DNA of 33,979 nucleotides from Oscillospiraceae bacterium (GCA_017958265.1 JAGDDB010000173.1:1-33979); one strand, 5' to 3'. Shown: positions 1 through 8,106, numbered from the stretch's first letter. Notes: a model not told the origin generated them from the letters alone. Numbers and translations are program-made.

Positions 1-7
1 AAAAACA

Positions 8-29
8 GTGGTTTTAACCGATTATAAAA
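8..29. repeat. Copy 1 of a duplicated AT-rich block (core GTGGTTTTAACC followed by ATTATAA)
   Basis: The 12-nt core GTGGTTTTAACC at 8-19 recurs exactly at 191-202. The flanks are also similar: aaaaca vs aaaatg upstream, gATT-ATAA vs aATTTATAA downstream. Confidence 0.8.
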
Positions 30-31
30 AC

Positions 32-56
32 GACAGGTTTTGACCTGTCATTTTTT
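32..56. terminator. Intrinsic-terminator-like hairpin, usable on either strand
   Basis: GACAGGT (32-38) pairs with ACCTGTC (43-49) around loop TTTG. It is followed by A+TTTTTT (51-56) on the + strand and preceded by AAAAAC, which reads as a T-run on the - strand. Confidence 0.55.
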
Positions 57-190
57 GTTGGGCTTCGGGCTGTGCCCTCGCACCGATTTTATATTTTAAC
101 GGCGGAAGTGAATTCCGCCTAATGCAATTCTTCGCTTTGCTCCGAATTGACGCGCGAACTCGCGCGCGCCGCAGAAGCGGCGTGAAAATG

Positions 191-212
191 GTGGTTTTAA
201 CCAATTTATAAT
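191..212. repeat. Copy 2 of the duplicated GTGGTTTTAACC block
   Basis: Exact 12-nt core at 191-202, 183 bp from copy 1. It is followed by AATTTATAAT (TATAAT at 207-212). Confidence 0.8.
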
Positions 213-250
213 ATGAAACGGGACAGCCCATTAGGGCTGTCCCGTTTCAT
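213..250. other. Perfect 17-bp stem / 4-nt loop hairpin
   Basis: ATGAAACGGGACAGCCC (213-229), loop ATTA, GGGCTGTCCCGTTTCAT (234-250). No clear U-tract on either strand. Confidence 0.85.
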
Positions 251-251
251 T

Positions 252-284
252 ATCGAAGGGAAATCTGAACACCCGGCCTCTTGG
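252..284 (+). repeat. Copy 1 of an imperfect ~33-nt direct repeat (ATCGAAG-N9-AACACCCGGCCT-N-TTG)
   Basis: ATCGAAGggaaatctgAACACCCGGCCTcTTG compared with 469-500. Confidence 0.75.
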
Positions 285-415
285 TGGCATCCCCGAGCGG
301 TTGCCGCAGAGCGGCGAGCGAGTGGGGCGTCGTCGGAAGAAGCCGACTCCATTCCGTTTCCGCGGTTAGCGAAAGAGCCGCGAAAACTGCATATCCGTCA
401 GCTCCTTCCTCCTCT

Positions 416-456
416 CACCGCCGGACCCGCTTCGCCGGGCTCCGACGGTGTTTTTT
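416..456 (+). terminator. Strong rho-independent terminator with no coding gene upstream of it
   Basis: CACCGCCGGACCCG ... CGGGCTCCGACGGTG forms a GC-rich stem with one mismatch or bulge, followed by TTTTTT (451-456). Confidence 0.65.
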
Positions 457-468
457 CGAGAAACAGTG

Positions 469-500
469 ATCGAAGAGAGGATAAACACCCGGCCTGTTGA
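469..500 (+). repeat. Copy 2 of the ~33-nt direct repeat
   Basis: ATCGAAGagaggataAACACCCGGCCTgTTG. Shares the 7-nt and 12-nt perfect blocks with 252-284. Confidence 0.75.
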
Positions 501-528
501 CGGGATGCACGGGTCATGCGCGCTTTTC

Positions 529-557
529 TTGCAATGCTCCCATGCGTATGCTATCTT
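529..557 (+). promoter_or_regulatory. Candidate sigma-A promoter for the flavin oxidoreductase
   Basis: TTGCAA (529-534), 17-nt spacer, TATCTT (552-557). It lies about 55 nt upstream of ATG 611. Confidence 0.3.
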
Positions 558-610
558 TTAATCGAACACCTGCACGCATTTTGAATTCGAATAAAGGACG
601 GCGAAGGTTC

Positions 611-2539
611 ATGAATACAAAGTTCCCTCATCTGTTTGCTCCGCTCCGCGTGAAAAACGTTATTCTCAAAAACAGGATAATGTCGGCGCCGAACATGCTT
701 TTCCACACGGTGGACGGCCGACCGACAGAGTATTACGCGCCCTATCTGGAGCATAAGGCCCGCGGCGGCGCGGGGATAGTGAACCTCGGCGAGGTGTCTG
801 TCGGCGACGGAGCGAACCATACTCCGGAGATGAAGAAAACTCTCGACAATCTGCCGCTTTTCGCCGAGCTTTCCGCGGCCATACATGAGCACGGCGCGCT
901 CGCGAGCGCGGAGCTTACCCACGGCGGGATACGTACCAAGCCGGAGTACAACAGCCGCCGGGCGATGGGACCGGTCGAGGCGGAGACCATGCGTCCCGGA
1001 GAATACTCCGAGGCCATGACAAGGGAAATGATGGAGGAGGTATGCCGGCAGTACGCGGATACGGCGGAATACGTCCTTTCGGCGGGCTTCGATACGGTCC
1101 TTCTGCATTTCGGCCACAGCTGGCTTCCCGCTCAGTTCCTGTCGCCCATAGTGAACACGAGAACGGACGAGTTCGGCGGCAGCCTTGAAAACCGCATGCG
1201 CTTCCCGCTGATGATACTGCGCGCCGTGCGTGAGCGCGTAGGTCCCAAACAACTCGTCATGGCCAGAATAAGCGGCTCGGAGCGCGTCGAGGGCGGCTTC
1301 ACGGTGGAGGATATGATCTGCTTTGTCGAAAAAGCGCAGGAGTATATCGACCTTGTCGAGGTAAGCGTGGAGGGCCTGCAGAACAACATGACGGCGACCT
1401 TTCGCCCTCTCGGGATAAACACGGACCTCTCGGAGGCAATGAAGCGCTCGGGCAGGGTACATATTCCCGTATATACCGTCGGCGCGGTGCTGTACCCCGA
1501 GCAGGCGGAGGAGATCATAGCCTCCGGCAAGGCGGACGGCGTTTCCATGTCCCGAGCCCTCATTGCCGACCCGTATTTCCCGGAAAAGGCCTTCGCGGGC
1601 TGCGAGGACGATATCACGCCCTGCATCCGCTGCCTGGGCTGCTGCGACAGCGATAACCTTACACGCCATATGGTATGCAGCGTAAATCCGCTTATAGGGC
1701 GCGAAGCGCGTCTGGGCTTCGGGGAAGACATAGGCAGGGCGAAAAAACAAAAGCGCGTTCTCGTCATCGGCGGCGGCCCCGCAGGGATGACCGCCGCGGT
1801 CACGGCGTTCCGCCGGGGCCACGACGTGATACTCTGGGAGAAGTCCGACAGGCTCGGCGGCCTGCTCAACTTTACCGACGCCGACAGCCTCAAGCACGAC
1901 CTGCGCCGTTACAAAAATTTCCTTATCGCACGGACGGAGAAAGCCGGCGTGAAGGTCGTGCTGAACAAAACGGCGACCGCCGGGGCGGTCGCGGAGCTGA
2001 TGCCGGACGAGGTCGTGCTCGCCTCGGGCAGCGAACCGATACGGCCGGACTTCATTCCGGGCAGCGAAAACGCCCGTCATGCTCTGGACGTCTACCGCGA
2101 TCCGGACTCGGTGGGGGAGAACGTCGTTATCATCGGCGGCGGCCTGGTGGGCGTGGAGACCGGGCTGCATCTCCGCAATCTCGGCAAAAACGTCACGGTG
2201 CTGGAAACGGAGACGGAATACGCCCGCGACGGCGGCTTCGGATACAAGTTCGGCCTTATATGGACGGTGGAGGAAAAGGGGCTCAGAGTGATCACCGGCG
2301 CGCGCTGCACGGAGATACGCCCCCGCGCCGTAGTTTATGAAAAAGACGGCGTGAGCGAGACGGTCGGCTGCGACAGCGTGTATTACGCCGTAGGCATGCG
2401 CAGCGAGGACAGCCTGTATACGGAGCTCGCCGCTCTCGGCATACGGATAAGCGCGGCGGGAGACTGCAAAAAGCCGGGCAAGGTTTCCGGCGCGGTCCAC
2501 GGCGGTTTCTTTGCCGCTATGGACATAGGGAAATTCTGA
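611..2539 (+). CDS. NADH:flavin oxidoreductase of the Old-Yellow-Enzyme / 2,4-dienoyl-CoA reductase (enoate reductase) type, with C-terminal FAD/NAD(P) Rossmann domains
   Basis: Track ORF is 497..2539. The family-typical N-terminus MNTKFPHLFAPLRVKNVILKNRIMSAP begins at ATG 611. There is a Cys cluster CIRCLGCCD...C of 4Fe-4S type and two GxGxxG folds, VLVIGGGPAGMTAA and VVIIGGGLVGVE. Confidence 0.85.
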   Translation: MNTKFPHLFAPLRVKNVILKNRIMSAPNMLFHTVDGRPTEYYAPYLEHKARGGAGIVNLGEVSVGDGANHTPEMKKTLDNLPLFAELSAAIHEHGALASAELTHGGIRTKPEYNSRRAMGPVEAETMRPGEYSEAMTREMMEEVCRQYADTAEYVLSAGFDTVLLHFGHSWLPAQFLSPIVNTRTDEFGGSLENRMRFPLMILRAVRERVGPKQLVMARISGSERVEGGFTVEDMICFVEKAQEYIDLVEVSVEGLQNNMTATFRPLGINTDLSEAMKRSGRVHIPVYTVGAVLYPEQAEEIIASGKADGVSMSRALIADPYFPEKAFAGCEDDITPCIRCLGCCDSDNLTRHMVCSVNPLIGREARLGFGEDIGRAKKQKRVLVIGGGPAGMTAAVTAFRRGHDVILWEKSDRLGGLLNFTDADSLKHDLRRYKNFLIARTEKAGVKVVLNKTATAGAVAELMPDEVVLASGSEPIRPDFIPGSENARHALDVYRDPDSVGENVVIIGGGLVGVETGLHLRNLGKNVTVLETETEYARDGGFGYKFGLIWTVEEKGLRVITGARCTEIRPRAVVYEKDGVSETVGCDSVYYAVGMRSEDSLYTELAALGIRISAAGDCKKPGKVSGAVHGGFFAAMDIGKF

Positions 2540-2551
2540 GCAGAATTGCGG

Positions 2552-2589
2552 AAATCGGCAGACGGCTTTTATTTGCCGCCTGCCGATTT
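2552..2589. terminator. Hairpin between convergent genes (possible bidirectional terminator)
   Basis: AAATCGGCAG (2552-2561) pairs with CTGCCGATTT (2580-2589). U-tracts are weak on both strands. Confidence 0.45.
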
Positions 2590-2618
2590 GACTTGCTGCC
2601 TCAAGAAATGACTGACAG

Positions 2619-3947
2619 TCACGCAGCGCCGTGGGAGCTCTCGTCGGAGCCTGCCTTTTTGCTGTTGTACAGCTCCGTGAATTCAGCCCAATTTTCAAGC
2701 AGGGCCGCCAATACCACGGGATCAAACTGCTTTCCGTATTCCTCGCTCATGATCCCTCGGGTCCTGTCAAGGGAATACGGCTCCTTGTACGGGCGCTTCG
2801 ACAGCAGCGCATCGAGCACGTCGGCTACTGCCATGATCCGCGCGCAGAGCGGGATCTTTTCTCCTTCCAGCCCCAAAGGATAGCCCTTGCCGTCGTACCG
2901 CTCATGGTGACTGTAGGCGATCTCAACGGCGATCCCGAGGTACTCGCTGTCCCGGATATCTCCGATGATATCCGCCATGATATCCTTGCCGTAGACCGTA
3001 TGGAGCTTTATTTCGTCATACTCCTCGGGAGTAAGCGGACCCGGCTTGCGCAGGATCGCGTCGCTGACCTTGATCTTGCCCACATCGTGCAGGGGCGCGG
3101 CGCGAATTGTCAGATCCGCATATTCGGGAGTAAGAGTATCCTTGAAGGCGCCCATCCGGCACAGCTTATCCGTCAGGAAAGAAACGTAATCCGACGTGTG
3201 GTGAATATGATCTCCGGTCACCTGATCGCGGCTTTCGATAATGGATGAAAGCGAAAAGATGATCTTTTGCTGAACGGCATGCTGTTCGCGGCTGAGCTTC
3301 AGGTTGGCTTCCTGCGTTTCGAGTATTTTCTTCGTCTGCCTGTCTATAACGACCGTGATATGCGTTAAGAGCGGAATTGCGCCTATCATGATAAGACAGC
3401 GCGGAATGGCATAGAACAGCTCAAGATTGAGCACGGGAGTTCCGGCAATAGGTTCGAGCGAAGGAAACTTTTCAATAAAATCCGCGACGGTAGAGGTCGT
3501 GGTCAGCACCGCGTTCGCGTCGCAGAGCCCGAGATTATAGGACAGGGGAGTGGAAACGAACACCGCGGCGACATTGATGCCGTAGGTGATCAGAAGTACC
3601 TTTCTGCTGCGGTACAGGGCCGCGGAGATCAGAGGGAAAAGAAGCACCAGAATGATATGGTACGTAAGAAAAACGTATGTCGTGTTGATAGCCAGAATAA
3701 GAGCTATCAGTATGACATACTTTCCTTCCGGCCGGCCGTACCCGGCTATGGCAAAATACAGGCATGCGGCAAGGATGATCGGAGCAATGAACAGCCCGGT
3801 TTTCCAAAACAGCTGAGTATCGTTTATGAAGATGCCGAGCAGATTCATTATCCATATGAAAATGAATATCACCGTAATGAATAACAGTGTTCTTAAATTG
3901 AATTTGTTGGATACTTCGTCTGTTTTAAAATATAAAGAGTCCGTCAT
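2619..3947 (-). CDS. Membrane-anchored HD-GYP domain protein (probable c-di-GMP phosphodiesterase)
   Basis: The N-terminal ~200 aa contains several hydrophobic helices. The C-terminal part carries HD...LHDVGK and HHERYDGKGYP motifs. SD GAGGG lies 6 nt before the ATG. Confidence 0.85.
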   Translation of the reverse strand: MTDSLYFKTDEVSNKFNLRTLLFITVIFIFIWIMNLLGIFINDTQLFWKTGLFIAPIILAACLYFAIAGYGRPEGKYVILIALILAINTTYVFLTYHIILVLLFPLISAALYRSRKVLLITYGINVAAVFVSTPLSYNLGLCDANAVLTTTSTVADFIEKFPSLEPIAGTPVLNLELFYAIPRCLIMIGAIPLLTHITVVIDRQTKKILETQEANLKLSREQHAVQQKIIFSLSSIIESRDQVTGDHIHHTSDYVSFLTDKLCRMGAFKDTLTPEYADLTIRAAPLHDVGKIKVSDAILRKPGPLTPEEYDEIKLHTVYGKDIMADIIGDIRDSEYLGIAVEIAYSHHERYDGKGYPLGLEGEKIPLCARIMAVADVLDALLSKRPYKEPYSLDRTRGIMSEEYGKQFDPVVLAALLENWAEFTELYNSKKAGSDESSHGAA

Positions 3948-4052
3948 GACAAGCCCTCAAAATCAGAAATAAAAACGACGCCCCGATATTTGATCCGCAC
4001 CGGATATATTGCAGTATCGAATTAAACCGAAAGCAAAATAATGAACAATCAT

Positions 4053-4081
4053 TTTATAGCACGGGGCGCGGCAAATATCAA
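4053..4081 (-). promoter_or_regulatory. Candidate sigma-A promoter for the HD-GYP gene
   Basis: On the minus strand: TTGATA (4076-4081), 17-nt spacer, TATAAA (4053-4058). This leaves a ~100-nt leader. Confidence 0.5.
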
Positions 4082-4151
4082 GTAACATATTACCGTTTTA
4101 AATACCATGATCAAAATCTGCAGCGTAAATACAGTCCCGAAGTAAATATAT

Positions 4152-4195
4152 GGCGCTGCCTGATTTCGGTCAAATGACCGAAATGACACAGCGCC
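4152..4195 (-). terminator. Long hairpin downstream of the CNNM pair
   Basis: Outer stem GGCGCTG/CAGCGCC and inner stem ATTTCGGTCA/TGACCGAAAT. It starts 17 nt after the stop at 4212. The U-tract is poor. Confidence 0.4.
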
Positions 4196-4211
4196 TTCTT
4201 TGTGCGGAATA

Positions 4212-5477
4212 TTACCCGTCATCTTCCGGCGGCGGAAGGAGCTTTATCTTAAGTTCTTCGACGCGCATGGCGTCGGCTGCAGTAACGGTGACCTCGAAGC
4301 GGTCCCAGGTAAAGCTGTCGCCGGGCTCGGGAAAACGGTCCAGCATTTCTATAGCCCAACCGCCCATGGTGGTATATTCGCTTGTGAAGTTTTCGGGACG
4401 GTAGTCTATATATTCAAAGAAATCGTCGATTGTAGTCGTTCCGTCAACGTTGTATACGTTTTCTTCCTCTTCGGTAACGTCCGGCTCGACCTCGTCGTTT
4501 TCATCAAAGATGTCGCCTACGATTTCTTCGAGGATATCTTCAAGCGTTAAAATGCCGAGCGTTCCGCCGAATTCGTCGGCCACAATGGCCATCTGCATGT
4601 GTTTTTTTCTCAGCTCGGTAAGGATCGAGGAAATATGTCTGGTCATGTGAACGAACAGCGGGGGCATAAGGAGGCGTTCTATACTGATGCTCTCCGGCGG
4701 CTGAGAGATCGCGGCTTTCATCAGTTTTTTCGTAGGCAGGATGCCGATGATGTTGTCTATGGTCTCGCGGTATACGGGGATGCGCGAATAACTGAGAAGC
4801 TCGGTGTTCGCGAGTATCTCGGAGACGTCGTCGTCGACGTCGGCAGAGCATATGTCCACGCGCGGTATATAAATGTCGGCCGCAGTGACGTCGGAAAACT
4901 CGATAGCCGACTTTATAAGCTCGCTTTCCTGCTCGGTGAAAACGCCTTCCTCCTCGATGGTTTCCAATATGGTCACAAGCTCATCGTCGGTGACCTCGGG
5001 CTCCGGATCCTTCGGCGTCCAGATGGGGGAGAGCTTTTCCACCGTCTTGGAAACAAGAAAGACTATCGGGCTGAAAACCAGCATGAAAAAGCGCAGAGGG
5101 CGCGCGTAAAGATATACTGCCTTTTCGGCACGGCTCTTTCCAGCGATCTTGGGGATGATCTCGCCGAACAGAAGCAGTACGGCGGTGGCGGCTATCGGCG
5201 CGGCAGTTTCTCCGGACGCGCCGTAGATATCCGCGAGAAGAACGGTCATGCAGGAAGAAAACGCTATGTTCACAAGGTCGTTTCCGACGAGGACCGTTGA
5301 AAGAAAGCGCGGGAAATTATCGGAAATGAACACCGCGCTGCGGGCCGTGCGGCTGCCGTCCTCGGCCGCTTTATGCAGCCTGAGCCTGTTCGCGGAGGCG
5401 TATGCTATCTCCGAGCTTGAGAAAAAAGCCGAAAATATGACAAGAAGGACCATCAAAACGAGAATCAGCCAGGTCAT
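4212..5477 (-). CDS. CNNM/hemolysin-family transporter (DUF21 - CBS pair - CorC_HlyC C-terminal domain)
   Basis: The N-terminus has the 4-TM DUF21 pattern (SSSEIAYASANRLRL). A CBS pair region follows, and the C-terminal ~80 aa looks like the CorC/HlyC transporter-associated domain. Confidence 0.85.
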   Translation of the reverse strand: MTWLILVLMVLLVIFSAFFSSSEIAYASANRLRLHKAAEDGSRTARSAVFISDNFPRFLSTVLVGNDLVNIAFSSCMTVLLADIYGASGETAAPIAATAVLLLFGEIIPKIAGKSRAEKAVYLYARPLRFFMLVFSPIVFLVSKTVEKLSPIWTPKDPEPEVTDDELVTILETIEEEGVFTEQESELIKSAIEFSDVTAADIYIPRVDICSADVDDDVSEILANTELLSYSRIPVYRETIDNIIGILPTKKLMKAAISQPPESISIERLLMPPLFVHMTRHISSILTELRKKHMQMAIVADEFGGTLGILTLEDILEEIVGDIFDENDEVEPDVTEEEENVYNVDGTTTIDDFFEYIDYRPENFTSEYTTMGGWAIEMLDRFPEPGDSFTWDRFEVTVTAADAMRVEELKIKLLPPPEDDG

Positions 5478-6487
5478 TGCTCTTCACCTCCGTTTAAAGA
5501 GGCGTCGTCATCCTCGTCGTATATTTCGCCCACAAGCTCCTCGAGTATATCTTCCATCGTGACTATGCCGAGGGCGCTGCCGCTTTCGTCGGTGACCACG
5601 GCGATATGCGTGCGGCGCTTTCCGAGGCCTTCGAAAATTTCCAGCAGAGTACTTTGAGGATCGATAAAATACGGGAGCATCATTATGGAACCGATATCGG
5701 GAGTTTTGCCGTCCATTATGCACGAAAGCACTTCATGTGTCTGCAGGACGCCGACTACGCGGTCGCGCGTGCCGGCATAAACGGGAAGGCGGGAATACTT
5801 TTCGTTAAGTATGGTCTCGCGCAGTTTTTCGGGGCTTTCGTTTATGGATACGGCGAGCATTTCATCTACGGGCGTCATGATCTCATTGGCGCAGGTATCG
5901 GAAAACTCTACAGCGGACTTTATAAGCTCGCTCTCATCATGCCTGATAAGGCCTTCGTCCTCAATGTTGTCTATTATGGTGGAAAACTCGTCTTCGGTCA
6001 GGCTCGGCTGCTCATCCGCATGAGGCAGCAGGCGCTTTGCGATGCTTCCGAGAAGAGAGAAAACGAAGGTCACGGGCGTGAGTATGACCATAAGTACCGA
6101 CAGCGGAAGAGCGCAGGCGGAAGCATATGCGTCGCTGTTGGCGCGGGCTATGTTTTTTGGTATGGTTTCGGCAAAGAAAAAAATCAAGACGGTCATTATT
6201 GCCGTGGAGACAAGCGCGCCCATGCTGCCCAAATGACGAAGAGCAAGCACGGCGGCAAAGGATGATGCAAAAACATAGCACAGGTTCGTGCATGTCAGAA
6301 TGGTGGACAGCGCCTTGTCAAATCTGTCAAGAATATAGACAACGCGTCGTGCACCGGCGTCACCTTCGTCGGCGCGCTTTTTCATGCGCATTTTGTTGCA
6401 GTAGGATATCGCGGTCTCCGAGCCGGCAAAACAGCCGCCTAAAACGATGAAAACCGGGATCAGGATACTTCGGGGTATGTCATCCAT
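5474..6487 (-). CDS. CNNM-family paralogue, DUF21 - CBS pair only (no CorC_HlyC domain)
   Basis: DUF21 pattern (GSETAISYCNKMRMKKRA) plus a CBS pair. At 337 aa it ends just after the CBS region. Its stop overlaps the next start as ATGA (5474-5477). Confidence 0.8.
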   Translation of the reverse strand: MDDIPRSILIPVFIVLGGCFAGSETAISYCNKMRMKKRADEGDAGARRVVYILDRFDKALSTILTCTNLCYVFASSFAAVLALRHLGSMGALVSTAIMTVLIFFFAETIPKNIARANSDAYASACALPLSVLMVILTPVTFVFSLLGSIAKRLLPHADEQPSLTEDEFSTIIDNIEDEGLIRHDESELIKSAVEFSDTCANEIMTPVDEMLAVSINESPEKLRETILNEKYSRLPVYAGTRDRVVGVLQTHEVLSCIMDGKTPDIGSIMMLPYFIDPQSTLLEIFEGLGKRRTHIAVVTDESGSALGIVTMEDILEELVGEIYDEDDDASLNGGEEQ

Positions 6488-6556
6488 CAGGGAAAATCAA
6501 CTCCACTTCGGTAAAAGATCATATGCCCGCAAGGTTCCGCGCGACATATTTATGAC

Positions 6557-6585
6557 AGTGTAGCACCGCTCGCGGAGAATTTCAA
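6557..6585 (-). promoter_or_regulatory. Candidate sigma-A promoter for the CNNM operon
   Basis: On the minus strand: TTGAAA (6580-6585), 17-nt spacer, TACACT (6557-6562). Confidence 0.45.
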
Positions 6586-6592
6586 GATGCGT

Positions 6593-6814
6593 TTAAATAT
6601 CATCAAAGCATTCGGGTGAAACGGGAATATCCGCAGGCTCCTCGGGAGGGTCGGGAACGCGCTTCAAGGGATCATACTGAAATCTTTCGCATCTCTGCCA
6701 GGGAGAGGTTATGCCCTTGCGGACGCATATCATGGTCTCCTCGTCGATAGACGAGGAGTTTACGCAATAAGAGCATGATGGCTCGATATCTTTTCTGAAC
6801 AGCAAAGCAGACAT
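6593..6814 (-). CDS. Small conserved-looking Cys protein (C-x2-C ... C ... C), function unknown
   Basis: The 73-aa ORF carries four Cys (C14, C17, C30, C42) and a YDPLKRVP motif. GGAG abuts the ATG, which is unfavourable spacing. Confidence 0.4.
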   Translation of the reverse strand: MSALLFRKDIEPSCSYCVNSSSIDEETMICVRKGITSPWQRCERFQYDPLKRVPDPPEEPADIPVSPECFDDI

Positions 6815-6877
6815 CTCCGTTTTTTATCTTTTGCAGCGGCTGCACCGTGTCGGATAGATTATAACGCAGATCGCGGC

Positions 6878-7756
6878 TTATTTCCACATAATTTTGCAGA
6901 TTATCAGCATAATGAGCGCGCCGAGCAGTCCGCTTGACGCCCGGGCGAGAAAATAACGCTTTGCCGACAGGCCGCTTTGCGACGTGAATGACATTACCTG
7001 GCAGTGAACGGATATACCGCCCCAGCCCAAAAGAAAAGCCGCCGAGCAGAGCGAGACCGGAGAAGCGCCGCTGAACATTGACAGCCCCGTTGTGATCTCG
7101 AACAGACCGGCTGCAAGCGGAGAGCGCAGTGGGAGCAAACGTATGTATACCGAGGTAAAAATAACAAAGGCGCATACCGAGGCCATAGAAACAACGGCTT
7201 TTTTTACGCATGAGGTAAAGCCGCTGATCGCCGGAGCCGCGTGCGATACCGCGGCGGAAGGAACGTGCCCGACGCCGAAAAGAAAACCGGTCAAAGCGGA
7301 AGCAAACAGATGGACGGCATAAAGAAGCACGGTGTGCGGAACGCTCTGCAGCACATCTGCCGACAGAAATCCGAAAGCAAAGGAAGGAGAGGCGCAGCAG
7401 CAGAAAGCGAGAAGGCGCTCCGCCTCATCCCTCGAACATCCGCCGCCCGAATACAGCTCGGCTGCGGCAGCGGCGCCGACCGGGTATCCGCCGAGCAGGC
7501 CAATGAGATATGCCGAGGCGCAGCCTCCGTTTACTTTGAAAACCTTTTCCGTCAAAAAACGAAAGGGGCGTTCGGGCAGTCTGAGCATCGGCGATAACAC
7601 GAAAAAAGGAAACATTGAGGGTATCAGGCGCGTAAGGCAGAGCGAGAGCGCGTCGCAGGCGGCGGCGGAGCTCTCCCGCGGGAAAATGACCAGCAGGACC
7701 GCAGCCGCCGATACGCCGAGCGTCTTTAAAAAGATGAAAATTTTTTCTTTCGGCAT
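6878..7756 (-). CDS. ylbJ: Sporulation integral membrane protein YlbJ-like (nucleoside-recognition/Gate-type membrane protein)
   Basis: Polytopic membrane protein with the YlbJ-like N-terminal motif CLTRLIPSMFPFFVLSPML. SD GGGGAG lies 8 nt before the ATG. It is shorter (292 aa) than B. subtilis YlbJ. Confidence 0.6.
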   Translation of the reverse strand: MPKEKIFIFLKTLGVSAAAVLLVIFPRESSAAACDALSLCLTRLIPSMFPFFVLSPMLRLPERPFRFLTEKVFKVNGGCASAYLIGLLGGYPVGAAAAAELYSGGGCSRDEAERLLAFCCCASPSFAFGFLSADVLQSVPHTVLLYAVHLFASALTGFLFGVGHVPSAAVSHAAPAISGFTSCVKKAVVSMASVCAFVIFTSVYIRLLPLRSPLAAGLFEITTGLSMFSGASPVSLCSAAFLLGWGGISVHCQVMSFTSQSGLSAKRYFLARASSGLLGALIMLIICKIMWK

Positions 7757-7842
7757 AATAACACTCCCCGAAAAAGAGTATTAATTGATATGAAAACCGA
7801 CGCGCGGGTATGTCGAAGACCGCGGGAGGGAGGACGGCGAAA

Positions 7843-8106
7843 TTGAGTTTGATCGAAAAAGCAGGCAAAAAGCTCGATCTTCCGCTTGAGTATGCGGCAG
7901 GCGCACACAGGGTGGAGCTGACGGGCACCGGCGAGGTGAGGATAGAACAGCACCGGGGCGTGACACACTATGCTCCCGAGCTGATCATCGTAAAGGGCGT
8001 GGGCGCGGATATAAGGATAAAAGGCGCGGATCTGACATTGAAAATGATGACGGATGATGAAATAAGGGTAGAGGGCCGTATCGACGGGATAGAGCTGGGA
8101 CAATGA
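7843..8106 (+). CDS. yqfC: Sporulation protein YqfC (YabP family)
   Basis: YabP/YqfC pattern RIEQHRGVTHYAPELIIVK...IRVEGRIDGIEL. Track ORF starts at ATG 7810, but GGAGGGAGG (7825-7833) sits 9 nt before the in-frame TTG at 7843. Its stop overlaps the yqfD start (ATGA). Confidence 0.8.
   Translation: MSLIEKAGKKLDLPLEYAAGAHRVELTGTGEVRIEQHRGVTHYAPELIIVKGVGADIRIKGADLTLKMMTDDEIRVEGRIDGIELGQ

Noticed and set aside
8-212. Possible CRISPR-like or att-like repeat (GTGGTTTTAACC twice)
   Set aside because: There are only two copies, 183 bp apart, which is far from CRISPR spacer spacing. No cas or integrase gene is nearby. It is kept as an unexplained repeat, not as a CRISPR or mobile element.
250-456. 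Assignment of the structured leader to a known riboswitch class or T-box
   Set aside because: GGTGGCATCCCC loosely resembles a T-box sequence but sits at the 5' end, not next to the terminator. The SAM, cobalamin, glycine, ZTP, Moco and c-di-GMP core motifs could not be found by eye. The class is left unassigned.
213-500. ORFs 213-500 and 281-469 as small protein genes
   Set aside because: The first starts inside the 17-bp hairpin. Both are Arg/Ser/Pro-rich, lack an SD, and run through an intrinsic terminator. The region looks like structured RNA rather than coding sequence.
551-2725. 724-aa ORF antisense to the flavin oxidoreductase
   Set aside because: It mirrors a gene with clear family motifs. 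The translation is Arg/Ala/Gly/His-rich with no recognisable motif, no SD and no independent boundaries. This is a typical shadow frame of a GC-rich coding region.
7757-7842. Sigma-E or sigma-K promoters for the divergent ylbJ / yqfC genes
   Set aside because: CATA-containing strings exist on the ylbJ strand (for example TTTTCATATCAAT and GACATACCC). None aligns with the -35/-10 spacing of the B. subtilis sigma-E or sigma-K consensus.
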